32,000 bases of DNA from Vibrio vulnificus CMCP6 (lineage in GTDB: Bacteria > Pseudomonadota > Gammaproteobacteria > Enterobacterales > Vibrionaceae), in NCBI RefSeq assembly GCF_000039765.1, contig NC_004460.2:120001-152000 (forward strand), given 5' to 3'. Made by a program: the position numbers and the translations under genes. Positions within the stretch are counted from its first letter, which is position 1. Every line of letters starts with the position of its first letter. A model generated the notes under the pieces. The model was not told where the DNA came from. It was given only the letters and a program-made list of their open reading frames with translations, and did not search any database. Positions 1-8,111 of this stretch are shown here, in pieces.

Positions 1-862
1 CTCGACAGGCAGTTGCTTGCGCCTCAAGCAAATACTTAAAGCGGAACAAAATATCTGACCGCTCGAACTGTACAGCAAGATCTTGATAGCGGTAATGGCT
101 CGAGCTGACTCGCTCGTGAATATCCTGCGCAATAAAGTAAATATTGAGGAAGCGGTCACTTGGCCCATCAATATGACCTCGTTTCGAACGGCTCAGCAAA
201 GTCTGTTTGCAGTTGTTGAGTGCATTAACAGTCCGAGCATTGAGGCTTGCAGCGTTAATGCGCATCGGTTGAGGCGTCATGTTGGTTACCGGATGGAAGA
301 GCTGTGCTTTTGCATCAAGATAGTTGGCCAACTGGTGAAAGACGTTGGCTAGGCTCTGTTGGACAGGCTGCATTGGCCAGAGGATTTGCCAAACCATCGA
401 CATAAAGTAGTACCATGCGGCGCCTGAGAGTAGCAGCAATGGTTGAAACCAAATATTGACACTTTGGTGTGCGCCGAGCATGGCATAGATTGCGATAAGC
501 AAAGAGCCAAAGGCGATGCTGGCGTATTTGGGGCCAACTGCGCCCAACATAATGAAGCCAAAGGTGGAAACAAAGAGCCCAATCGCAAAGAGCCATGGCG
601 TATTAAAGAGAAGCTCAATTGAAAACGCCGCGATAGCAAAACAGATAAACGTGAGCAACACGGCTTTAAGCCTGCCGCTAAAACTGTCATCACTTTCCGC
701 CAAAGCGGCGGCAATAACGCCGAGGATTAAAGGCGTGATCAAGGTATTTTGTTCGTAGTACCAAGCTGGTACCACAACACCGAGCAAAGTGATGAGGATC
801 AATACACTATAGCTAATGGTTTTATTGGCCCAAAAGTGACGAAGTTTGAAACGTAAGTTCAC
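1..862 (-). CDS. yccS: YccS/YhfK-family (FUSC-like) integral membrane protein; 5' part only, the 3' end lies beyond the window start
   Basis: The minus-strand frame is open from GTG at 862-860 (AGGAAA Shine-Dalgarno-like 5 nt upstream) to the window edge. It is absent from the ORF track because there is no stop in the window. My hand translation is VNLRFKLRHFWANKTISYSVLILITLLGVVVPAWYY...PLILGVIAAALAESDDSFSGRLKAVLLTFICFAIAAFSIELLFNTPWLFAIGLFVSTFGFIMLGAVGPKYASIAFGSLLIAIYAMLG. This resembles the N-terminal TM region of E. coli YccS. The neighbours helD and mgsA match the E. coli arrangement. Confidence 0.7.
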   Translation of the reverse strand, partial: MNLRFKLRHFWANKTISYSVLILITLLGVVVPAWYYEQNTLITPLILGVIAAALAESDDSFSGRLKAVLLTFICFAIAAFSIELLFNTPWLFAIGLFVSTFGFIMLGAVGPKYASIAFGSLLIAIYAMLGAHQSVNIWFQPLLLLSGAAWYYFMSMVWQILWPMQPVQQSLANVFHQLANYLDAKAQLFHPVTNMTPQPMRINAASLNARTVNALNNCKQTLLSRSKRGHIDGPSDRFLNIYFIAQDIHERVSSSHYRYQDLAVQFERSDILFRFKYLLEAQATACR

Positions 863-1070
863 GGTTTTCCTGTGTAAATGAGCATGAACGAGTTACTCGG
901 CAGTGTAGCAGAAACCACCATTAACAATATGACTTGGACACATAAAAAGTTTTGCCTGCTTAGTATTTCTCCACTCGCTGCTGCTTGATAGGGATTAATG
1001 GCTACATTTTCCGGTTACAAAATGGTATAACCCTGAAACCCTTGATTTCAGAAGCAAGAGAAATGAATCC

Positions 1071-3143
1071 ATGCTGCTAACGGCCAATAAAACCGCCCAG
1101 TTTTTTATCCAAAAAGAGTATCACCATGTCGAATTGCAAGGTCAGTCTCTCCTCTTGGTATCGGTCGGAAGCGAGGAGCACATTCCATTCACGGTTTGGA
1201 ATGGTGAGATTCATGTAAAACGAGGCTTGTTTTGGGGGGCATTGCAGTTTTTTGCGCATCCGGTCGAAGGTAAGCAGCAGAGCTGGCTGGTACAAGGTCT
1301 TCCATGGCCAGAGTGCAAACAATTTGCTCGGAATGCAGTAGAACAATATCAACAGTGGCACGATCAGCAATGTCGCCAATTGAGTCAGTATTTGCCAATT
1401 TGGGAAGACGGGCTACACCGTTTAATCTATCTACCGGCTTATTTACCGCATTCAACCGTAGACACTTGGGTTCGTGATGTTCATGGTCAATTAAAAGAAA
1501 TGAACATGACACTTGATGAAGCGAAACAGCGACTGCCAGAGCGGGTGGCTGCGATGGAAAGCTGGCTACTTGATGGAGAGCAAGCGATTCAACAGCGCAA
1601 TTTGTCTTGGCTTGAACAGGAAAGGCAAAATTGGGAAGTGTTGTTCAATCAAATCGAATCTTCGCCGCTCAATGTTTCTCAGCAACATGCGGTGTTGCTG
1701 AATGATGATCACAATCTCGTCTTGGCTGGGGCCGGTTCAGGGAAAACCAGCGTATTGACCGCTCGGGTGGCGTATTTATTACAAAGCCATCAAGCGACAG
1801 ATGAACAAATGCTGTTGTTGGCGTTTGGTCGTGATGCGGCTCAGGAGCTGAAACAGCGCTTAGTGGATAAAATAGGGCTTGCCGCGCAAAACACCAGTGT
1901 GTCTACCTTCCATCAGTTAGGCTTGTCGATCATTCACCAAGTGGAAAGTAAGCCTGTAGAGATTTCCCCCATCGCTTTGGATGACAAACTGCGTCAAGCA
2001 TGGTGCGTGGATTGGCTGAAAAAACATTGGATGACCCCAACCAACTTCAAACGTTGGCAAAAACATTTAACCAAATGGCCGATTGCCTACCTCACAGGGG
2101 ATGATGAGTTGGGCAGCCAATCAGAAAACCCCAAGCTGATTGCTTGGCTGGACAGGCAACTGACTCAATTTGCGTCACTGGGTTTTAGTAAGAAAGAGAT
2201 CCAAGAGCGATTGGTGGAACTGCCTGATTACACGCGCTTAAACAGCGAACTGTCACTGTGCTGGCCGTGCTTCAGCGCATGGCAAAAAATGCTGAAAGAG
2301 ACAGAGCAGATCGATTTTCCAACCATGATCAGTCGTGCAACGAAATACGTCAAAGAAGGGAAGTTTGTCTCTCCTTGGCGTTTCATTATGGTAGACGAAT
2401 ATCAGGACATTTCACCCGATCGGCTGGCTTTGGTTGAAGCGCTCTGCGAAACAACCCATAAGCAGCCAGGAGCCTCTCTTTTCGCCGTCGGTGATGACTG
2501 GCAGGCGATTTATCAGTTTGCTGGCGCGGATGTTGATTTAACCACGGGCTTCCAGCAGCGTTTTGAGCACTCAACGGTGCATCACCTTGATACCACTTAT
2601 CGTTTTAATAACATGATTGGAGAGGTGGCAAACCGATTTATTCAGGCGAATCCACGACAACTGGTGAAAACGCTGCAGAGTTACAAACAGCAGAAACAAA
2701 AAGCAGTACACACAGCGCCAAGTAACTCGGTGGAAAAGATCCTCGACCAGTTAGATAGAAAGTCGGACAAGCAGAAATCAGTGCTACTGCTTGGTCGTAA
2801 TCACTATCACAAACCGGACCTTTATGATGATTGGGTAAAACGCTTCAAAAACCTGTCACTCAACTTTATGACTTGCCACGCCAGTAAGGGCAAAGAAGCG
2901 GATTACGTGATTATTCTTTGCGTTGACGAAGGCCAATTTCCAGCCAAGAAAAAGCAGCTGCATGTTGATGGAGCACTAACTCAATCTTCAGACACCTTTG
3001 CGTACGCCGATGAGAGACGCTTGTTTTATGTGGCGTTAACTCGCGCCAAAGAGAAAGTTTGGATCACACACAGTGGTGCAGGCTCCGGATTTGTTCAGGA
3101 GCTGTTGGAAAACGACTACCCAGTGGTGAAACACAACAGCTAG
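1071..3143 (+). CDS. helD: DNA helicase IV (UvrD/Rep superfamily 1)
   Basis: 690 aa. Walker A is present (LVLAGAGSGKTSVLTARVAYLL), with VDEYQDISP, AVGDDWQAIYQFAGA, DTTYRFNNMIGEVANRFIQ and a C-terminal YVALTRAKEKVW. Length and N-terminal domain match my recollection of E. coli HelD. It sits next to mgsA as in E. coli. Confidence 0.9.
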   Translation: MLLTANKTAQFFIQKEYHHVELQGQSLLLVSVGSEEHIPFTVWNGEIHVKRGLFWGALQFFAHPVEGKQQSWLVQGLPWPECKQFARNAVEQYQQWHDQQCRQLSQYLPIWEDGLHRLIYLPAYLPHSTVDTWVRDVHGQLKEMNMTLDEAKQRLPERVAAMESWLLDGEQAIQQRNLSWLEQERQNWEVLFNQIESSPLNVSQQHAVLLNDDHNLVLAGAGSGKTSVLTARVAYLLQSHQATDEQMLLLAFGRDAAQELKQRLVDKIGLAAQNTSVSTFHQLGLSIIHQVESKPVEISPIALDDKLRQAWCVDWLKKHWMTPTNFKRWQKHLTKWPIAYLTGDDELGSQSENPKLIAWLDRQLTQFASLGFSKKEIQERLVELPDYTRLNSELSLCWPCFSAWQKMLKETEQIDFPTMISRATKYVKEGKFVSPWRFIMVDEYQDISPDRLALVEALCETTHKQPGASLFAVGDDWQAIYQFAGADVDLTTGFQQRFEHSTVHHLDTTYRFNNMIGEVANRFIQANPRQLVKTLQSYKQQKQKAVHTAPSNSVEKILDQLDRKSDKQKSVLLLGRNHYHKPDLYDDWVKRFKNLSLNFMTCHASKGKEADYVIILCVDEGQFPAKKKQLHVDGALTQSSDTFAYADERRLFYVALTRAKEKVWITHSGAGSGFVQELLENDYPVVKHNS

Positions 3144-3185
3144 ATAAGTATGGTCGCTGAGGTAAACTCAGCACGAAAGAACAAA

Positions 3186-3219
3186 TAAAAATGCCAGCAA
3201 CTCAGTTGCTGGCATTTTT
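3186..3219. terminator. Bidirectional rho-independent terminator between the convergent helD and mgsA
   Basis: Sequence is AAAAA-TGCCAGCAA-ctcag-TTGCTGGCA-TTTTT. A perfect 9-bp stem is flanked by an A-run and a T-run. Confidence 0.8.
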
Positions 3220-3271
3220 GTTGTCATTCCTAAACCACCGCTTTTAGCGGTTGAGGCACTAGAAAGAAGAA

Positions 3272-3730
3272 TTAGGTGCGACCTGCCAAATAGGCTTGGT
3301 AATCAGGGATTTCGACATCAACTTCTTCATTCAATAATGGCGATTCAAAAAGGAACTTTGCCGTTGCACGGTTGGTTGCCACTGGAATATTCCACACACT
3401 GGCAATGCGCAGTAGCGCTTTTACATCCGGATCATGTGGTACCGCATTCAGTGGGTCCCAGAAGAAAATCAGCATATCGATTTTGCCTTCTGAGATTAAA
3501 GCACCAAGCTGTTGATCACCACCCATTGGGCCGCTGATCATACTTTTAATCGCAAGCCCGGTTTCACGACTAAGCATGTGGCCAGTTGTCCCCGTGGCAT
3601 ACAAGAAGTGGCTCTGCAATTTTTCTTTGTTCTCTTTTACCCAGCGTAGCAGCTCAGGCTTATAGTTATCGTGTGCAACCAATGCAATGTGTTTATGCGC
3701 TGGCATCGTGCGAGTTGTTTTTTGCATCAA
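3272..3730 (-). CDS. mgsA: Methylglyoxal synthase
   Basis: 152 aa. [59 protein letters not shown] and WNIPVATN are near-identical in pattern to E. coli MgsA. Confidence 0.95.
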   Translation of the reverse strand: MMQKTTRTMPAHKHIALVAHDNYKPELLRWVKENKEKLQSHFLYATGTTGHMLSRETGLAIKSMISGPMGGDQQLGALISEGKIDMLIFFWDPLNAVPHDPDVKALLRIASVWNIPVATNRATAKFLFESPLLNEEVDVEIPDYQAYLAGRT

Positions 3731-3783
3731 ATGTTTCCGTTATGGTTACCTGATTCGGTTCGAAAATAATTAAGCATAAATCG

Positions 3784-4797
3784 TCACTGAGATTCAACTG
3801 CTTTGACGTCAAAAATTGGCCTGTATTCGGATGGCGATAAAGAGTCTTCAATAGTTGAGAAGTTCAGCGTGTTTGGGGTTAGTGGCTCAATGGTTGGTGA
3901 GCTGTGAATCTGATATGGCTTATGACGTAAATAGTTGACCGCTTGATCCACCGATAAGCGCCCTTGCAGTACCATTTGGTCTGTTGGAGCAAACTCAATT
4001 TTATTGCGTAATAGGCCACGATAAATGCCATGGCTGAGGTAAGTAGAAATCAAGCCAATCTGGCCGGTTTTATTGGCACTACGTAATTCGCTGATCGCCG
4101 CTTCCATTGCCACTGCGCTGCCAACGAGGTAATCAACATCGGGTGTGTCGATCGCTTGTTGTACTAAGTTACGTTGTAGCTCTTTGTCGTTATCCGCCCA
4201 GAAACTCTCCATGATATGGATATCACTGCCCTTGATGGCATCTCTAAAACCTTTATCGACGGGCTTGGTGCCGCCACTGCTTTTCGGGCCTAACAGTAAT
4301 ACGACATTTTTGATTCCTGAGCCAGCAGGATGTTTCTGTGCCAAGTAGTGACCCGCTTGATGACCCATCCAATACCAATCCACACCGACGGTGCCTTTCA
4401 GATTCTTACTTTGCGTTTCATTGAGCACCAATTGGTTTACGGTTGCGAAAATGGGAATGCTGCCCGTCCACTGTTGCAAGTTTTCGTTAAACGCCATGGG
4501 GTCAACGGTACCAAGCAAGATAGCATCTGCACCCCATTTGCTGCATAGCATCAGTTGTTGCTGCTGCTTGGCAGTGTTTGGGTAGCCTCCCGCTTCTAAC
4601 ACGCGTAGATTGACCTTTTGCTTCTCCGCTTCAGACACCATGCCGTAATTGACAGAAAGCCAGTACGAGTCTTTTAAATGTGGATAAATCGCACAGAGTT
4701 TTTCCGCCGCATAAACAGGGGTAGAAAATAGGATTGGAAGGGAAAGTGGTAAAGTTTTGCGCAAACAGTGCAAAAAAGTGTGCTTAGTCTTTAACAT
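3784..4797 (-). CDS. torT: Periplasmic TMAO-binding protein TorT (periplasmic sugar-binding-protein fold)
   Basis: I trimmed the track ORF (3784..4866) to the internal ATG at 4797, which gives the signal peptide MLKTKHTFLHCLRKTLPLSLPILFSTPVYA. KLCAIYPHLKDSYWLSVNYGM, LRVLEAGGY and YLSHGIYRGL match E. coli TorT motifs. The gene is divergent from a TorS-type kinase. Confidence 0.8.
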   Translation of the reverse strand: MLKTKHTFLHCLRKTLPLSLPILFSTPVYAAEKLCAIYPHLKDSYWLSVNYGMVSEAEKQKVNLRVLEAGGYPNTAKQQQQLMLCSKWGADAILLGTVDPMAFNENLQQWTGSIPIFATVNQLVLNETQSKNLKGTVGVDWYWMGHQAGHYLAQKHPAGSGIKNVVLLLGPKSSGGTKPVDKGFRDAIKGSDIHIMESFWADNDKELQRNLVQQAIDTPDVDYLVGSAVAMEAAISELRSANKTGQIGLISTYLSHGIYRGLLRNKIEFAPTDQMVLQGRLSVDQAVNYLRHKPYQIHSSPTIEPLTPNTLNFSTIEDSLSPSEYRPIFDVKAVESQ

Positions 4798-4907
4798 GCA
4801 GCAAGGTTCATTGGCATCGTTGGAAGTTACGTAGCAGAATATAGCGTATTCTCCCCGGCGAACCAATGCTGATCTGCTGTTTGCCGTTGTGTAAGGTTAA
4901 GAAAAAT

Positions 4908-7820
4908 ATGTTATTAGCAACAGCGAGTATCGGCCGGAAGTTGTTACTCTCGTTCATCGCCATGGCAATGTTGGTGATGTTATCGGCGTTAATTGGCGTC
5001 TCGGGCTTTTCGTTCGTGGCAAAAACAGAGCGCAATGTCGTTGATACGGCTATTCCCGCTATGATTGAAGCAAGACAAGTCTCTGAACTCAGCTCGCGTA
5101 TCATTGCATCGGTCCAAACCTTATCAAACGCCAAAAATGAAGAAGAGCGAAAACAGTCAGGGAAAGAGCTTTTTTCTCAGTTGGAGTCGCTACTTTCGCA
5201 TATTAAAGCGCTTGGCGGTGGAGAGTCGTTTGATCCGCTATTGTTAGAGCGCCTCGAAACTCATGTGCAAAGTGTGATCGATAACTTGGCCGACTTGGGC
5301 GTATCGGTGGAGAAAAAACTGTGGTTAGCAAAAGAGATTGATAGCCGAGTTGAAGAGATGCGCCTACTCAGTGAAGAGCTTGAACAATTGACGCGCACTC
5401 AAGTGCTCAATACCAGCACCATTGCGGTTGCAAATGTGACACATATCTATGACTTATTGGAGTCAAACAAAATTCCTCAAGCTTACCAAGCACTTGATGC
5501 CTTGGTGGAAGTTGACCTTGATCTTTCCGAGCGCTTGCATGAACTGCATCTGCTCGCATTCAAAATGCTCAACCAGATCGAAGAAGCACGTACACTCACC
5601 AATATTGAGCGTATCCAAGATGTGCGTAATGAGTTTGATGCCAACCTCAAAATTATGGTTCGTCGAGTTCAAGCGGTGGAAGATCCTACTCGCTCTGCGC
5701 AAATGTCCAGCTTACTTACCGAGTTGGGCAAGCGCCAAGTCGTGTTTAACATCCTCGGGCAACAATACCAAAACAACCTAGAATCTCAGAAGCTCATGCA
5801 GCAAAACCTCGCGCTCTTTTCTGAGCTCAACGGTACCGTTAATAAGCTTGTGGACGACTCAAATCAGACAACAACAAAAGCCGTCTCAGAGTTAACTCGC
5901 ACACTGAACTTAGCGCAGCTCATTCTAACGGTGATTTCACTCGCTGGCCTGATCGTCGCCATCGTGATTGTTTGGCGAGTGGTTTATGTTTCAGTGGTGA
6001 CGCGTTTAACGGAATACTCAGCGGCGTTGTTGCAAGTGGCTCAGGGCAATCTCGATATTGAGCTTCAAGTTCGGGGCAATGACGAGCTGGCGCATATGGG
6101 GCAGGCGATCATCACAGCAAGGAACACGGCTCAAGCACTGAAAATCGTTGCAGAAGGGGAAGCCAAAGCGAAAAAAGAGCTTCAAGAGCATAAAGAACAC
6201 TTAGAAGAGCTCGTTACTGAGCGCACGCGTCAGCTACAACTGACCAATGAGAAACTCAATCACGAAGTGCTCAATCACGCCAAAGCGCGTTCACTAGCAG
6301 AACAAGCAAACCGAGCGAAATCGGCATTTTTGGCCACGATGAGCCATGAAATTCGCACGCCAATGAACGGCGTACTTGGTACCGCTCGCTTGCTGATGGA
6401 CTCCGGACTGAATCCGTTGCAGAAGCGTTATGCCGATATCATCAATCGCAGTGGTAAAAATCTCCTGGCTATTTTGAATGATGTTTTGGATTACTCCAAA
6501 ATTGAAGCCGGGCATCTTGAGATTAGAGAGTCCGCCTTCGAGTTGCATCAAATGGTGGAAGACACTTTCCAACTGATGCAAAGCCGCGCCGCAGAGAAAT
6601 CACTGACTTTCTCTTACCATATCGAGAGTGATGTTAACCATTATTGGCGTGGCGATGTTACGCGCATCAGTCAAGTGCTCAACAATCTTGTTGGTAATGC
6701 GATTAAATTTACTCACCAAGGTGCGGTGGATATTTACGTTAGCCTCGATCTCGAACAGGAGAATGTGGTTCAGTTTGAAGTCACTGACACGGGCATCGGC
6801 ATTGCCCAACAAGAGCAGGCGACCCTTTTCGACGCCTTTACTCAAGCCAGTGGCGGACAAAAAGCCGCGGGTGGTACAGGGTTGGGTTTGGCGATCAGTC
6901 GCCGTATCATTCAAGCCATGGGTGGGCAGATGGAAATGGCGTCGGAAGAGGGCGAAGGCAGTCGTTTTTGGTTCACTGTGCCTCTGACGCCTTGCGACGC
7001 CGTTGAGCCCGTTGTTTGCCCGCTCGAAACCGAAAACCGACAAGCGACGATCCTATTGGTCGAAGACAACGCTGTGAATCGCATTGTTGCGGAAGGGTTT
7101 CTCAGCAGCTTGGGCCATACCGTAGTAATGGCGGAAGATGGTGCGGAAGCACAAATGTTGTTTGAGCAGCAGTTATTTGATATTGCGTTGGTTGATATCA
7201 ATCTGCCTGATTGTAATGGCACGGATTTGATCCAACGTTTAAAGCAGCAAGAGTATTCAAGTGAGAGAAAAACACCTATGGTTGCGGTTTCTGCTCATGT
7301 ATTTAATGAGGAAGTGGAGAGCTATTTAGCCTCAGGGTTTGATGGTTTCCTTGCAAAACCACTGGAAAAAGAAGCGCTTTCAGCGCTGATTCAAAAAATG
7401 TTAGAAGGAAAAGTTCTGGTGTGCGTAGAAAGTGAAGCAACGGTAGTGAGCAGTGATGCTTGCTCAAGCATTGCTCAATCTAAAAATAGCAACCTGATGG
7501 ATCCTCAAGTGGTGCTTTCCGATATGGAGGTGCTTGGTGCTGACAAAATGCGACAAATAATCGAACTGTTCAAAAGCAGCAGCGATGAAATTCTTCAAGC
7601 CTTAGTGAGCGCTGCCAATGAGGCGAATGAAGCGCAAGTTAAAGGGCTAGCCCACAAACTTAAAGGCAGTGCAGGCAGTTTGGGTCTAAATAAGTTAATG
7701 ACGTTGTGCAAAACAATTGAAACCCACTCTTCACCAACGAGTCTCTATCTCAACGAAAAAGAAGCGTTGGAAGAGTGTGTTGAGCTAAGTTATCATGCAC
7801 TGAAGAACTTGGTTCAATAG
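4908..7820 (+). CDS. torS: TorS-type hybrid sensor histidine kinase (periplasmic sensor, HAMP, HisKA, HATPase, REC, HPt)
   Basis: I moved the start to ATG 4908 (MLLATASIGRKLLLSFIAMAMLVMLSALIGV, TM1). A second TM and HAMP follow, then the H-box FLATMSHEIRTPMNGVLG, N/G boxes (NLVGNAIKFT, DTGIGI, GGTGLGLAISRRII), REC (ILLVEDNAVNR...ALVDINLPDCNG) and HPt (AHKLKGSAGSLGL). It is paired with torT. Confidence 0.85.
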   Translation: MLLATASIGRKLLLSFIAMAMLVMLSALIGVSGFSFVAKTERNVVDTAIPAMIEARQVSELSSRIIASVQTLSNAKNEEERKQSGKELFSQLESLLSHIKALGGGESFDPLLLERLETHVQSVIDNLADLGVSVEKKLWLAKEIDSRVEEMRLLSEELEQLTRTQVLNTSTIAVANVTHIYDLLESNKIPQAYQALDALVEVDLDLSERLHELHLLAFKMLNQIEEARTLTNIERIQDVRNEFDANLKIMVRRVQAVEDPTRSAQMSSLLTELGKRQVVFNILGQQYQNNLESQKLMQQNLALFSELNGTVNKLVDDSNQTTTKAVSELTRTLNLAQLILTVISLAGLIVAIVIVWRVVYVSVVTRLTEYSAALLQVAQGNLDIELQVRGNDELAHMGQAIITARNTAQALKIVAEGEAKAKKELQEHKEHLEELVTERTRQLQLTNEKLNHEVLNHAKARSLAEQANRAKSAFLATMSHEIRTPMNGVLGTARLLMDSGLNPLQKRYADIINRSGKNLLAILNDVLDYSKIEAGHLEIRESAFELHQMVEDTFQLMQSRAAEKSLTFSYHIESDVNHYWRGDVTRISQVLNNLVGNAIKFTHQGAVDIYVSLDLEQENVVQFEVTDTGIGIAQQEQATLFDAFTQASGGQKAAGGTGLGLAISRRIIQAMGGQMEMASEEGEGSRFWFTVPLTPCDAVEPVVCPLETENRQATILLVEDNAVNRIVAEGFLSSLGHTVVMAEDGAEAQMLFEQQLFDIALVDINLPDCNGTDLIQRLKQQEYSSERKTPMVAVSAHVFNEEVESYLASGFDGFLAKPLEKEALSALIQKMLEGKVLVCVESEATVVSSDACSSIAQSKNSNLMDPQVVLSDMEVLGADKMRQIIELFKSSSDEILQALVSAANEANEAQVKGLAHKLKGSAGSLGLNKLMTLCKTIETHSSPTSLYLNEKEALEECVELSYHALKNLVQ

Positions 7821-7842
7821 CGTTTTCTAAGCAGCAACCGAC

Positions 7843-7881
7843 CAAAAAGAAAGCCTCCGTTAATCAACGGAGGCTTTTTTA
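7843..7881. terminator. Bidirectional rho-independent terminator (torS / 61-aa ORF)
   Basis: Sequence is AAAAAGAA-AGCCTCCGTT-aatc-AACGGAGGCT-TTTTT. The stem is a perfect 10 bp. Confidence 0.85.
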
Positions 7882-7899
7882 TGCCCGATATTTGCCCAG

Positions 7900-8085
7900 T
7901 TAGTTGTCACTGTCCCAATCAAATTGGGTATCCAGCGCGTTAGGGTCGTCATCAAATGGATGCTCAACACGCCCTCTTAGGCGTTCTAATTTGCTCTCTA
8001 ACATGTTCACGGTGTCATAATCACCTTCAGAACAAGCGACGTAAATTTGTTGCTCCAGAGCTTCGATTCTATCTCGGATACTCAT
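7900..8085 (-). CDS. Small (61 aa) acidic helical protein of unknown function, probably co-transcribed with cti
   Basis: A strong Shine-Dalgarno AAGGAGG lies 6 nt upstream of the ATG. The ORF starts only 26 bp downstream of the cti stop with no hairpin between, and is followed by the strong terminator at 7843-7881. Heptad-like N-terminus IRDRIEALEQQI...LESKLERLRGRV; acidic tail DDDPNALDTQFDWDSDN. Confidence 0.6.
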   Translation of the reverse strand: MSIRDRIEALEQQIYVACSEGDYDTVNMLESKLERLRGRVEHPFDDDPNALDTQFDWDSDN

Positions 8086-8111
8086 GGGAACCTCCTTTAC
8101 GTTAGGTTGTG

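Noticed and set aside
83-758. Track ORFs 83..352(+), 315..596(-), 349..714(-) and 516..758(+)
   Set aside because: All four are out of frame with, or antisense to, the uninterrupted minus-strand YccS-like frame (1..862). That frame gives a coherent multi-TM protein. The four ORFs have low-complexity or Cys/Arg-rich compositions typical of shadow ORFs.
863-1070. Missing yccF-like small membrane gene between yccS and helD (present in E. coli)
   Set aside because: The 208-bp gap has no ORF of meaningful length in any frame. This is most simply a lineage difference in gene content, so I did not pursue it.
4798-4907. Overlapping long starts for torT (4866) and torS (4866) in the track
   Set aside because: The internal ATGs at 4797 (torT) and 4908 (torS) give proper signal peptide and TM1 sequences. 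They also leave a ~110-bp divergent promoter region. The longer forms add Cys-rich, non-signal N-termini.
5449-7222. Multiple 60-147-aa ORFs inside and antisense to torS (e.g. 6600..7043 -, 6628..6987 +, 6911..7222 -)
   Set aside because: They are fully embedded in a well-supported kinase gene, have no Shine-Dalgarno sequences that I could see, and are Arg/Ser/Cys-biased. They fit frame-shadow ORFs in moderately GC-rich coding DNA.
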